From: Bigelowiella natans CCMP2755
Lineage: Eukaryota; Protista; Cercozoa
Length of the DNA: 54,561 nucleotides
Direction: 5' to 3'
Assembly (NCBI GenBank): GCA_000320545.1
Contig: ADNK01001713.1
Coordinates: forward strand, 1-54,561
The notes below the pieces were generated by a model. That model did no database searches, was not told the DNA's origin, and saw only the letters and a list, made by a program, of their open reading frames with translations. Shown here in pieces: positions 25,980 to 36,944 of this stretch. Position 1 is the first letter of the stretch, and every line of letters starts with the position of its first letter. The translations under genes and the position numbers were made by a program.

Positions 25980-25997
25980 TGGCTTCCACACACGGGA
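25980..25997 (+). promoter_or_regulatory. Primer binding site, possibly for tRNA-Glu
   Basis: TGGcttccacacacggga is complementary to a tRNA-like 3' end (...cccgtgtgtggaagCCA); 5 nt downstream of the LTR. tRNA identity is an inference. Confidence 0.65.
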
Positions 25998-26013
25998 AAC
26001 GATTTGACTAACA

Positions 26014-29000
26014 ATGTCACAGCAGCTAGAAGAACAGCAGGACTTTGGCTCGCAGGCCGTGCAAGGGCACGAGCAGAAACAGGAAAGGAAGGGCGATACG
26101 GACGCTAAGGAAGGAGGAGGAACACCTCCACAGGCACCGCCGGGACCAGCACCCGGGATTAAGAAAGCAGATGCAGCAGCAGAGGCACTGGAGAACTTCT
26201 ACGAGGCGGACGACGAGGACGTGGCCGCCGAAAGCAAGAAGGTCGTAATGGCATTACGAGCCTTGCGACCCAGGGCGAGCAACTACGCCAAACTGAAAGT
26301 ATCGATAGAATACAAGTATCAGACACATGATGTTTGGGCAGCTATCATGCAGGACATCATGGATTACGAAGCAGACTTACCTCCAGAGTGGGCAGCTTTG
26401 TTTAGGAACGACGGGGGTCTGGGCGCCTCGCGGGGGACGACCCAGAGCACCGTCAAGCAGCAGCAGCCGGTACAGCGGAACACCCAGTTCATGTCTGTTA
26501 AAACAGCACCGGTTATGATAACGAAATACAACGGGAAAAGAGGTGAGGCAAGGAGGTGGTGGAAGAACGCTAGGAGTATACTCTGCGACTTTACCCCTAA
26601 CCCCACCGAAAACGACAAGCTCAAATGGCTAGCTATAATAAAGCAAGCCATGGACCTTTACGAGACAGGCAGGACCCGGATCAGGCAGCTAGAGAAAATA
26701 CACACTACAGTTAGTGGGCTACGAGACGTTGAGGCGATAATGAAGGCTTTTGTAAATGAACAGGATGCTAACTCCCTACCCCAGGCTATTAGAAAATACA
26801 GAGCAATGATGCAGCATGAGAGAGAACCTGTTAGAGACTTTGCCACGCGCTTCCAGGATATGATCGACGAACTACATGATTTTAATTACAACACAGGTGA
26901 TGATCAGGCAAGGTTTGAAGAGTTCAAGTTAAAGATAAAGGAATCCACTTACGTTACGGAGAAAGGCTACACCACGATGGAGGCAGCAGTGCAGGCTATA
27001 TCCCTACGCGAGCAGGAGCAGGACCGCAAGTTTACCAGCCCTAAGGTACCTGGCATAGGAAACATTAACGCTATTAAGCCGCAGCGAGACTGGTACAAGG
27101 ACAGGGAAGGTAACCGACGTTGCGGATACTGCTCACGTAAAGGGAAACACACCGCTAAAGACTGCAGAGACAGGAAAGAAGGACGACCCAGGATGACGAT
27201 CAGGCAGCTCAACGAACACTACGAGAAGTTAAAGAGAAAGAAAGGCAGAGGACAAGGATATAACAACAGCAAATGGCAAGGCAGCAACAACGGGAAGAAC
27301 AATAAATATAAGAACAAAAAGCAGAACAGTATCAATGCTATACAGCAGCAGATAAACGGAATATTAGATCACCTTAAGCAGGCGCCGACGAAGACAGCAG
27401 TACCAGCAACGCAGGACCAAGACAAGCCCATGACCCTAGACGACATAAAGAACTTAGGAGTATGCAACATTAATGACGAAGACGCTAACAGGACTATCAA
27501 AGTTGCTATGACCAAGGTTAAAGTTAAAGACAGCTACGGAGACTACAAGAAACTACCTGCCCTTTGGGATAGTGGCAGCATGCCGAAGTCCTTCATAAGC
27601 CTAAGCACAGTAAGAAGGTTAGGACTATTGGATCAAGTGACTAAGAAAGAACGTAAATATGCTCAAGCAGACGGAAGCTCTTCCATGAAGACCGTCGGTG
27701 AGCTAATGCTAAAGCTACAGATACCTGGCAGCGACGCGGAGACCCAAATCAAGACCCGAGTAGCCATGACTTTATCCATGGAACTACTCCTCGGACAGGA
27801 TGCCCTAGAAAAATTAGGGGGGATCATATCATTCTACAATCACAAGATATACTTTGCTAAGTTGCCAAAGAAGTCAGGCAGGACCATCAGCCAGAACATG
27901 ATACGGCTTGACGAGTGGACCTCTGAGTCAAGCGTTAATGCGTTAGAGTTTATGGACCTAGCGGACAACAAGCTACCTACACCTACCGAGCTACGGAAGA
28001 AGAACCCCGGCAAGACCATCCGACAGATAACGGAGCTACTGGACAAGACCCCCCCAGCTGATGATTGGGATATCGACAAAGGCAAAAAGTACATTAATAA
28101 AATATTAAACGAGAAGTACTCTGACATCACCAAGCCGACGACGAAGCCCTCCAGCAAGCTTACCCCAGTAAAGATCGAGCTAAAGAAGGGATACGAAGAG
28201 TGCATCATCAATGACCCAGAACATAGGCGACCGGAAGCGGACTGGGAAAAGATAGAGTGGCAGATCAATGAATGGGCAAAGGAAGGGAAGATAGAGCCAA
28301 GCAACTCACCATGGAACGTGAGACATGTGCTAGCTAAGAAACCTACTTACCCTTTCTTCCGCCTGGCGCACAACTTCATCCGCCACAACCGAGTAATAAA
28401 GAGGATCCAGACACCTACACCAAGGATAGATGACGTTATTGAACACGTCATAGGATACAAATACTACTCTTCCCTAGATAAAAATGAATCATACATGCAG
28501 ACACCCATCCACAAAACCTCCCGCCCCATTACCGCGTTCTCCAGCAGGCACAGGAAGTGGCACTTCGTCGTATTCCCTTACGGCCTAAGCATATCAGGGG
28601 ATGCGTTCAGTAGTCAGAACTACAGGGCATACACACATGATGGGATGGCGTCTGTGTTGTGGGTGTTTGTGTTTGTGTATGTGGATGATGACATAATATG
28701 TACCAACACAGTCGTCGCTCAGATCTTCCTCCTGGAAAATATATTTATTAGGTTTGCACACTTCGGTTTTACTATTAGACTGCAGAAGTGTACATTCCTA
28801 GCTACAAGAATCAAGTGGTGTGGATATTACCTGGAGCAAGGCCGCATCACCCCAAACCCCGAGAAAGTAGCAGCACTACAGCAAGCCCCTAAACCTAAGA
28901 ATGCAAAGGAGTTAAAGTCATTCTTGCAGACTGCAGCTTGGATACTACGTAGGTTCTCCCCTACCTACGCTAGGACTGCAGCTGCTTTTACTACTGCTTA

Positions 29001-30987
29001 CCGGAAGGAGAACTCTGTAGGCCTCAGCTTCGCTAAGGTGTGGGCCAAGGCTGGCCTTGATGCCCACTTCGATAACCTAATAAAGTTATGCAGCAACACC
29101 CTATTGAATGCTAAGCTAGACACTACTAGACCAGCTACCCTATGGACAGACTGGTCTAAGCTAGGTATGGCTGCTGTACTTACCCAAGACCAGCAGATCA
29201 TACGGGTGTGGGGCAGGGCCTGCACAGCAGCTGAGGCCAAGTACAGCCCTACAAAAGGAGAGTATAAAGCCATGACTGAGGCGCAGAGGAAACTAAGATA
29301 CTACCTGCTGTCGGTGCCCAGCTTCACCTTAATGACTGACCACAAGCCCCTCCTAGGCATCGACCGCAAGCTCGAAGCGCCTAACGATGAGTATGCAGCT
29401 ATGAGGGCGGACACGGAAGAGTTTAGGGACAAGAGGACAGTGGTCTACGCACCAGGAGACAAGCAGCTTGCTGACTATTTCAGCAGGCTGTTCGAAAAGA
29501 AAGTCCCTACCCAGGTCACCCCTATGGTTAACGCGATTACCTTCGAGGACGGCGACTTCCTGCCTGAGCCAGAGGAGCTCCAGCACCTTCAAGAACACCT
29601 GGATAAATACAAACACAAGCATGAGGTACTTAGTGATAGGATATATGTATACACTAATAATGTTAGGCGTACCTACGTGCCACGGCGGACCAGGGGAGCC
29701 CTTCTCTTTACCGCCCATGGACCTGCACACGTAGGAGAAAACCATATCACTGCTCTACTCTACCATTACTACTGGCCCTACAAGCTAAAAGAGATAAGGA
29801 CATACCTGCGTGGCTGCAGGTGCTCCAGCTTGAAGGCGGCAGGCGTCGCCACCAAGGAGTCCAGCAAGAGCCGTGCATCTAAGAAAATCAAAGCAAGGAA
29901 CTTCTTAGATATCGTGCAAATTGATGTTTATAAGTACGATGGCTATCACTACCTTACCTTCGTTGATGTGGCCACTGGAAAGTGCTGGGTTAAAAAGATT
30001 ATCAAGGTCAACGTTGCTAAGAAGAACAAAGGCTTATATAAGCAGAGGCTTACTAACTGCTACCGTACCTGGGAGTCTGAGCTCCAGGCTATCCCTGATG
30101 AAGTTAGCATAAACAAGATACCAAAGAAGTTACATGTGGATAATGAGACCTCTCTTCTACAGCTACCACACCCTAATATTGATGCCTCACCTGTATACTA
30201 TGCCCAGTCCAACTCCAAGGTAGAGCGACTCCACCGCACCTTGGCCAACCTAAGCAGGATAAATAGCACCACACCAGACAAGATACAAGGGTTAGTAAAC
30301 GACACCTTCACGTCTGGGGGAGGTATCAAGGATAAGGAGAGGGAAGAAGGCGACGACAACGACGACGATACCGAGAGCGAAGACGAGAAGGTCCCGTACG
30401 ATGGCCGAGTTCTAAAGGAAGGACAGTATGTTAGGGCCAAGGTAAATCTGAGATCGAGAAATAAACAAGACCCCTTCTGGGGTGGCGTTGCAAAGGTTAC
30501 CGAGAGGAAGGGGAGGAAGCAGTACTACATCTATGATGGGAACAGGGTCACCTTGCGCCACATCAGTCACCTAAAGAATTATGATATCGGTGAGAAGCTC
30601 CTAGAGGATGTTAAAGTAAACCCTACTGTGTGGGAGCGAGCAATGCCTTGTTTAGGACCCCGACCTAAGTTCGATGTGGAATATGGAAACAATAAGGTCA
30701 GGGTGAACGACGATTGGCGCATGAAGATTGTCTATCTAGGCTACCCTGGATTACGAAATATGGAGAGGGTAGCTATGAAAATAAAGGACGGAAAATATCA
30801 GCTACTCTACCTAGCTGTTCCCGACTTACCCTTTGAGCACTGGTATAAGGTCCTGGGGGACCTTGATGCAGAGGGCTGGTATGGACACGAACCTAAGGAC
30901 GAAGGTGAGTTCTGGGTAAGCGACAAAGGAGATAAGGTTAGAGAGGAATCTATTACCTGGTGGTTGGTGAAGTTCCGAAAGCGATGA
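26014..30987 (+). CDS. Gag-Pol polyprotein (zinc knuckle, aspartic protease, RT, RNase H, integrase, C-terminal adenine-MTase-like extension)
   Basis: CGYCSRKGKHTAKDC; ALWDSGS; FPYGL and YVDD; WTDWS...TDHKPL...ADYFSR; HGPAH...CRC, VQID...VDN...SNSKVERLHRTL; SH3-like GQYV...PFWGG...RHISHLK. Confidence 0.97.
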   Translation: MSQQLEEQQDFGSQAVQGHEQKQERKGDTDAKEGGGTPPQAPPGPAPGIKKADAAAEALENFYEADDEDVAAESKKVVMALRALRPRASNYAKLKVSIEYKYQTHDVWAAIMQDIMDYEADLPPEWAALFRNDGGLGASRGTTQSTVKQQQPVQRNTQFMSVKTAPVMITKYNGKRGEARRWWKNARSILCDFTPNPTENDKLKWLAIIKQAMDLYETGRTRIRQLEKIHTTVSGLRDVEAIMKAFVNEQDANSLPQAIRKYRAMMQHEREPVRDFATRFQDMIDELHDFNYNTGDDQARFEEFKLKIKESTYVTEKGYTTMEAAVQAISLREQEQDRKFTSPKVPGIGNINAIKPQRDWYKDREGNRRCGYCSRKGKHTAKDCRDRKEGRPRMTIRQLNEHYEKLKRKKGRGQGYNNSKWQGSNNGKNNKYKNKKQNSINAIQQQINGILDHLKQAPTKTAVPATQDQDKPMTLDDIKNLGVCNINDEDANRTIKVAMTKVKVKDSYGDYKKLPALWDSGSMPKSFISLSTVRRLGLLDQVTKKERKYAQADGSSSMKTVGELMLKLQIPGSDAETQIKTRVAMTLSMELLLGQDALEKLGGIISFYNHKIYFAKLPKKSGRTISQNMIRLDEWTSESSVNALEFMDLADNKLPTPTELRKKNPGKTIRQITELLDKTPPADDWDIDKGKKYINKILNEKYSDITKPTTKPSSKLTPVKIELKKGYEECIINDPEHRRPEADWEKIEWQINEWAKEGKIEPSNSPWNVRHVLAKKPTYPFFRLAHNFIRHNRVIKRIQTPTPRIDDVIEHVIGYKYYSSLDKNESYMQTPIHKTSRPITAFSSRHRKWHFVVFPYGLSISGDAFSSQNYRAYTHDGMASVLWVFVFVYVDDDIICTNTVVAQIFLLENIFIRFAHFGFTIRLQKCTFLATRIKWCGYYLEQGRITPNPEKVAALQQAPKPKNAKELKSFLQTAAWILRRFSPTYARTAAAFTTAYRKENSVGLSFAKVWAKAGLDAHFDNLIKLCSNTLLNAKLDTTRPATLWTDWSKLGMAAVLTQDQQIIRVWGRACTAAEAKYSPTKGEYKAMTEAQRKLRYYLLSVPSFTLMTDHKPLLGIDRKLEAPNDEYAAMRADTEEFRDKRTVVYAPGDKQLADYFSRLFEKKVPTQVTPMVNAITFEDGDFLPEPEELQHLQEHLDKYKHKHEVLSDRIYVYTNNVRRTYVPRRTRGALLFTAHGPAHVGENHITALLYHYYWPYKLKEIRTYLRGCRCSSLKAAGVATKESSKSRASKKIKARNFLDIVQIDVYKYDGYHYLTFVDVATGKCWVKKIIKVNVAKKNKGLYKQRLTNCYRTWESELQAIPDEVSINKIPKKLHVDNETSLLQLPHPNIDASPVYYAQSNSKVERLHRTLANLSRINSTTPDKIQGLVNDTFTSGGGIKDKEREEGDDNDDDTESEDEKVPYDGRVLKEGQYVRAKVNLRSRNKQDPFWGGVAKVTERKGRKQYYIYDGNRVTLRHISHLKNYDIGEKLLEDVKVNPTVWERAMPCLGPRPKFDVEYGNNKVRVNDDWRMKIVYLGYPGLRNMERVAMKIKDGKYQLLYLAVPDLPFEHWYKVLGDLDAEGWYGHEPKDEGEFWVSDKGDKVREESITWWLVKFRKR

Positions 30988-31030
30988 AGGTCTAAGGGAA
31001 TAAGGAAGGAAGGAAGGAGCAACGTGACTT

Positions 31031-31038
31031 GGGGGAGG
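31031..31038 (+). promoter_or_regulatory. Polypurine tract
   Basis: gggggagg immediately before the TG of the 3' LTR. Confidence 0.8.
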
Positions 31039-31364
31039 TGTAGCGCGTACCACTACGCGGGCACAAGTCACGTGCGACAACAAAGGGGTTGTCGCGGATA
31101 TAGAATATAGATAACGTAGATATTAATACAGCATAGGCACGTGGGTTCCGGCGGGACTCATGGCAGCACACCGGAAGTGTGCTGCCCCACGTGCGGCGGC
31201 ATTCGCGAAAGCTTCGCGAATGATTACGCAGTGCACGATTTAATAAAAATATAATCTTTAATAAAAATAAACACAACTCTTCAAAAGGAAGCAAACGTGC
31301 CTTTCCCCCCCCCTGCCTACTTGTGCACGTAGCGCCTCGGCCTGTGAACACCTTACGCGCAACA
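31039..31364 (+). repeat. 3' LTR
   Basis: Identical to the 5' LTR and followed by TSD tcaa. Confidence 0.97.
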
Positions 31365-32069
31365 TCAACAGCACCGGAACCGACTTCTGTCCTGCTGCGC
31401 GACGACAAAGTGCCACGCTAGCACGACAAAGTGTCACAATTTTGCGACGGGCAAAGCGCCCTCGGGAAAGAGAGGGGGACATGATCCTTTCACGCCAGAT
31501 TTCAACGAACAATGAACGATGCACAATGATGATGAACTGCACTTCCAAAATCCCGAGAAATGCAACACTAAACAATGAACAACGATGATGAACTGCATTA
31601 AATGTGTTGGTGAACGATGAACTCCGCACTTTGCTTGTCCCTTTTTTCTCATCTCGATGACGTAGACGCAGATGCCTTTTCTTTTGGCTGACAAACGACA
31701 ATGAAATGACGAAGAAGCAGACACGAAATCCAAGCATTTCCACGAAAAATTCGAAAATTTGAAAAGCTGCTAATAGGAAATCCTGTTGAAGAGCCCGCCG
31801 GACACAATGGGACTAAAAATCGCATCCAATTGCGCAAACGGCGAGACCCGAGTCGAAGTCTCAGCACCGAATTGCCGACCATCCTCCGATGATCTTTTTT
31901 TCATGCCCCAGCCGCGCGGTTTACGGTTTACAGGTTCGAAATTGTGAAAACCGCTTGCATTTCTCCTGAAATGTGCGAGAAAAAGTGACGCTACATCTTA
32001 CTCGTACTAAAGCGCGAAGCCGTTCCACCTCCACCGCTACCGTTGGGGGGGCTCACGCCTGTCGAGAGG

Positions 32070-34237
32070 ATGCGAAATGCAGTGCCCGAGGTCCCAACGG
32101 GAGCAGAAAGTCCTATGACTGTTCTTCCTCGGACCCCCCCTGCCAGCCTGCCCCCTGTAGGGTTGCCCAAACTTGTATTGTCGCAGCCGGTCACGCCTGC
32201 ACGGTTCAATTTCGATGTCCACAAGATGCCTAAGCGTCGATCATCGAGCGCAAGCCACAGAGGGCCAAGGAGATCCCCGTTGGTTTCATTCGTTACGAAG
32301 CCCGTAGCGGTCGACCATCAGCCCCGAACCCCCAACAATTTTTGCCTCACCCCCACTCTTAGATCGCCAGAGCGGTACCTGAGGCCGGACGATGACAAGA
32401 AATCCTCACTGAAAAGTTACTCGACGATGGTGAGCGAGTGCGACCAACAGGAGGTACTCGTTAACTTTATTACCAACAGTACGACAAACATCTCCAGAGT
32501 AGACGCGCCTCCCCGCCTGATTAAGAAAACGGCGAAGAAGGAGAATTGGTTCATACCCTACGAGGATATCTCCATGGAGCCGAAACCCTTCGCTAATGGC
32601 GCGCAAGCTAGCATCTACAAAGGGAACATTAGAGGCACCAATGTCTGCATCAAAAAGCTGACTAAGATACAGGATTTAGAGGACATTTTAAGGGAGATTG
32701 CTCTGTGGAGGAGCGTCCGTCACCCCTCCATTGTTATGTTTCTTGGGGCAAGTTTCACGCCGAAAAGCGGCCCTCTGATTGTTATGGAGGTAGTACTTGA
32801 AGCATTTTGAGCCAAACACAGTTTGTATGAAATCACCAAGGTAGCGCTGTTGCTTGAGTGGCTTGAGTGACACCGATTGCTGCAGGTTATGCACCATGGA
32901 GACCTCACAGCGAACGTCGATAAGTTAACGCGAACCATGCAGCTCGAGACAGCCATCTCATTAGCCGAGGTGTGTATTAGTTTATTGTCTTCAGTTTTCC
33001 TGACTTGCCGTTCTCGACCGACCAATAGTTGCCCTCAAATAATGCTCTGCTCTTATGTGTGTGTATTTATCTCTATATATTTATATATATATAAAAATAT
33101 TTTTTTATATACTTATAACATACTACCCAAGGGCCTAGCCTGGCTGCACGGAAACAACCCAGCGATATTACATAGAGGTGAGAACCTTAACAACGTTTCA
33201 ATCAAGCTTCCCCCCCCCTTCCCTCCCTTGGCCCTCACATTGCTATTTGTGTCACTTCACGTGCTGCTGCCTCTCCACCTATCTACTTTATTTATTCATG
33301 TTTTTGAATGAAATATCAGATCTGAAGCCGCAAAATATACTGTTCGACAAGCACATGAGAGCCAAAATCACGGATTTAGGGCTGAGTCGTTTGCAGGAGA
33401 TCGACGCAGGGAAGTACGTTCCAATATCCGAAGATTTGGTCTGGTGGATGGGGAATGTTTCCCCCCACCCACCCCTTTTCGTTTCACCCATGCCACGTAT
33501 GAAAACATTTTAGAAACATTCGTGCATAAAATACACCGTTATTGGACGTGTTTTGATTCCTCATCCTTCCATTCAAAGGCATACGATGACAGGAAAGACT
33601 GGAACATTAAGATATATGGCGCCTGAGGTTCTACCCCCCCCCCCCCCCCCCCCCCTTCCATCAAAGTGCATTTATCCAGGGGGAAGAGATGCTTGCGTCT
33701 TCGGTCATTTCGGGCTGCAATCATCATGAATTTGATTGGTAGATGATCATGTTTTTTTTTTTGGGTGTGGTGGGGGGGTGTGTGTGTGTGTGTCAGGTCT
33801 TGAATGGGGAGCAGTACACATGGAAGGTAGCAATGGCCAACAGCAGGGATGCTTTGTGAAAATTTTTCTGCATATACCAAAAATAATAGTATTCTGAGTG
33901 GGAGGCTGGGGGGGGGGGGGGGGATGGGATCGTCCACATTTTTCAGTTTGGAAGAACACACTAGTTGTGTATTGAGGGTACATGAAAACCAGAGCGACGA
34001 GTTTTCTCGCGTTCCAATACCGCACACCGACCTGACTGTCTTCTTTCTTCTTGTTGTTGTATTCCAAATATCGTGTTCTATATACACCGTGCAGATTGAC
34101 GTCTTCTCCTTCGGCCTGCTCGTGTACTACATCTTCCTGAAGAGCCAGCCCTTTGTCGGTTTTTCCAGGAAGAAGAGGGAGAGCTTCGCAAAAGAGGGGC
34201 AGGATTTTAAGGTAGTAGTAGCACATTGGAATAGAAG

Positions 34238-34313
<76 letters not shown>

Positions 34314-34400
34314 ATGTTACACTAACGATTTCAGATCGCTCACAATGCACAATGCGTCGTAGTTCGCGACGCATGCTCCAAGGCCTGATCGCGTCCTAGC
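32070..34400 (+). CDS. TKL/MLK-like Ser/Thr protein kinase, multi-exon; subdomains X-XI not found
   Basis: ANGAQASIY, VCIKKL, REIALWRSVRHPSIVMFLG, ILHR|DLKPQNIL, KITDLGLSR, MTGKTGTLRYMAPE, IDVFSFG. Confidence 0.9.
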
Positions 34401-34412
34401 TAATCAACCACC

Positions 34413-36275
34413 CGCTTATGATGACTGCAAACTTGAAAGATGGGGGTTCTGTGCGCACAGAACAGCGGCGGCTGCCCTCCCTGTGATTTGGCAGTAGGAG
34501 GGAATGTCAGAGGAAAAACAGCATCTTCTTGTTATCTACCCTGCCACGTATGACCTCTCTTCAAATAACCACCATGCATCTAAGCCTTACCCCTCCCCTC
34601 CCTTCCCCCCCCCCCCCCCCCCAGCGCTTCTCTTCACTTGCCTGTGAGAATCCCAAGATCCCATCAAATGGCCCTTTCTCTGCGATGTACGTCTGCCATC
34701 ATATCATCGACACGAATTTCCTCAAGCCATCAGACCCCCGCGTTCTTCTGCAAACACGCGCCTACGAGAATCTAATACTATAACGGCTTTCCGTGCACGC
34801 GCGGTCAATGTAGCATTGGAGTCAGTACAAACCTCAAGCTTCCGCATGGAAGCTTCAACCCCGACATATGATACCGCAATGGATGGGCGCGAGTTCCGAT
34901 CCTGAAACACACACAAGCGCGGCGACACGCGCGCCATATAATATCCACACCAGAAAATGGAGCTCGAGAGTCTGGGGGAAACGTGCAAAGGACAGAAAAA
35001 CAAAAGACAACCCAGAGCAATGCCAGAATGAAAAGCACAGTACTCATACGACCTCCATGTTCCACCACGCCAGCTGCTGCTGCAGCTGCTGCTGCTGCTC
35101 GGTTTTGCCATGCTCCTGACTCTTTATGTCATGGCTACTATTTAGGCCTGAAACATGCAACGCATACGACGCCGAAATGTTTTCGCCAAATCAACCGCTA
35201 TCTTTGAACCGACGATGTAGATTGGGAGGCATTACCGCTGCTGCTGTTGTGAAGCCGTTGTAGCCAATTAGCATCCGCCACGTGGGGGCCTTGCACCGTG
35301 GTTGGCACGAGAGAGAAAACGAAAAGGCGGGTTAGTGCGACAAACGCTGCAATTTCCAAACTCTAATGGGATGCGTATGCTTGCAGGAAGGAGTGTAGCG
35401 AATCATGAGGATACCATTACCATCGACGTAGTCAAACTCTGCGATCGATCTTATTTCAAAAACGATGGCGAGGGCGGGGAGGTAGGGGGAAGGAGAGGGG
35501 GTTAGTCAGTGAAATGATCTGAGGAGGAAAATTTAAAAAATGAAAGATGCTCTAGATTCACTTCGTGAGATGTCGCTAGTTACATCTCTTTCGCATCCCT
35601 CTCCCATCCCTGTGCGCACGGGCCCTGTACACTTTCTGCTTCTTTTTTCACCACGTCACATATTGCGTACTTGCACGCCTTTCGCACTGCCCCGGTCCTC
35701 TTATAGAACGACTTGGCGCTCTGCGTATAACTACATGTGTGCACGATATAGCAGGTCAGTGCGCCCTTTTGACACTGAGCAGTCTTCTTTAATGTGATAT
35801 GCGGTGCGCGCTCACCCGTGAAGACAAAGAACTTTGAGTTTCCTCATCCCTTTGCTGATGTTCCTGTCGTTGGAGGTGGTAGTTGGGGTGGTAGCGTTTC
35901 TGGTGCTGCTGCTCCTGCTGCTGCTACTTCCGCCAGAGAAACAACGGATACGGGCTCTAGAGAAGGATCTTGTTCTTCCAAGAGCGCGATTTGCCGTGAA
36001 TGGGGAGGATGTGCGCTCGTTCGTGGAGGATTTTCCAACTAAAACGTTTGCACGGTAAGAGTCAGAACTACGGAACAATTACGTGAAAGCTACCCTCCCC
36101 CACCCGCCTCGATGGAATCATGCTGGCACCCACCTCCTCGAGAGCAGTGCGGCAGGTTACGTCCTGGGATGAAGAGAGACTGATGCACAGCGAACGGTAC
36201 AGCTAGAGCCAACAGGGTGAGGGCGTGGTAGCTCGCGAAGAAGGGGTGGGGGGGTTGCTCATGCAGCTTCACCAT
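34413..36275 (-). CDS. FSH1/OVCA2-family serine hydrolase with bipartite-like leader; C-terminal half not found
   Basis: KLKVLCLHG|YTQSAKSF, AEFDYVD|GPH, LAWWN, GVEASM, GPFDGILGFSQ|G, FKFAVIISG; leader HALTLLALAVPFAV. Confidence 0.8.
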
Positions 36276-36944
36276 GGAATTGCATCGGCCTGGGAGCTGA
36301 GCGCTGCTTCCGGTTGTCGCACCTGCAGAGAAGAAAAAAAAAATCCGCTCAGATCTAGCGGGATTTATTATTGCGCGACAACGATATCATGTCGACGCAT
36401 CTCGGTTTTTGCCACCTTTCGTGAGATGCTTGGTTGGAGACGTGAATATCAAGAGAATCTCCGGAGATTATGCATGAAAAGCGAAGGTGAAGACCTGAAC
36501 ACCTCCATTATTCAGACCTTAGTTCACTCCAACGGTTAGAACTTGAAGTGGCTCGCAGATAATTTCAATCGACTTCGATTTCTTCTTCCAAGCGCAATTT
36601 ATGGTTGTCGTAACATCAAGGAATGTGGTAGTTATCGAGAGATCTCTGAGGCGTACAAATCCCGAAATCGGCTGTTGGCTCTAAATCGTTCACCTTTGTA
36701 CAACTGCAAAAATATCGCACATCGTTGCTTGCGACATATAGTGAAAGCGTTTATGATGCAAAACCAGATCCGTCCCATTAAAATCAGCTACGATATTTCA
36801 AAATGTCAGAGTCTTAAGGAGTTAGGAGAAGACCGTCCCCATTGCAGGGACTTCCACCCGAATTTCATGATTATTTTGATAAAATGCAAGTCGCATTTAC
36901 AAAATAGCCTGTATCTCCCATATTGGAACCTGACTGAATCTAAT

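Larger units (their letters stand above)
25649..31364 (+). mobile_element. Full-length Ty3/Gypsy LTR retrotransposon, recently inserted
   Basis: Identical 326-bp LTRs (TG...CA), 4-bp TSD TCAA (25645-25648 and 31365-31368), PBS, PPT, single intact gag-pol ORF in PR-RT-RH-IN order. Confidence 0.97.

Noticed and set aside
25380-25991. Paired ORFs 25380..25991 and 30992..31408 as duplicated genes
   Set aside because: The shared peptide is simply the antisense reading of the two LTRs.
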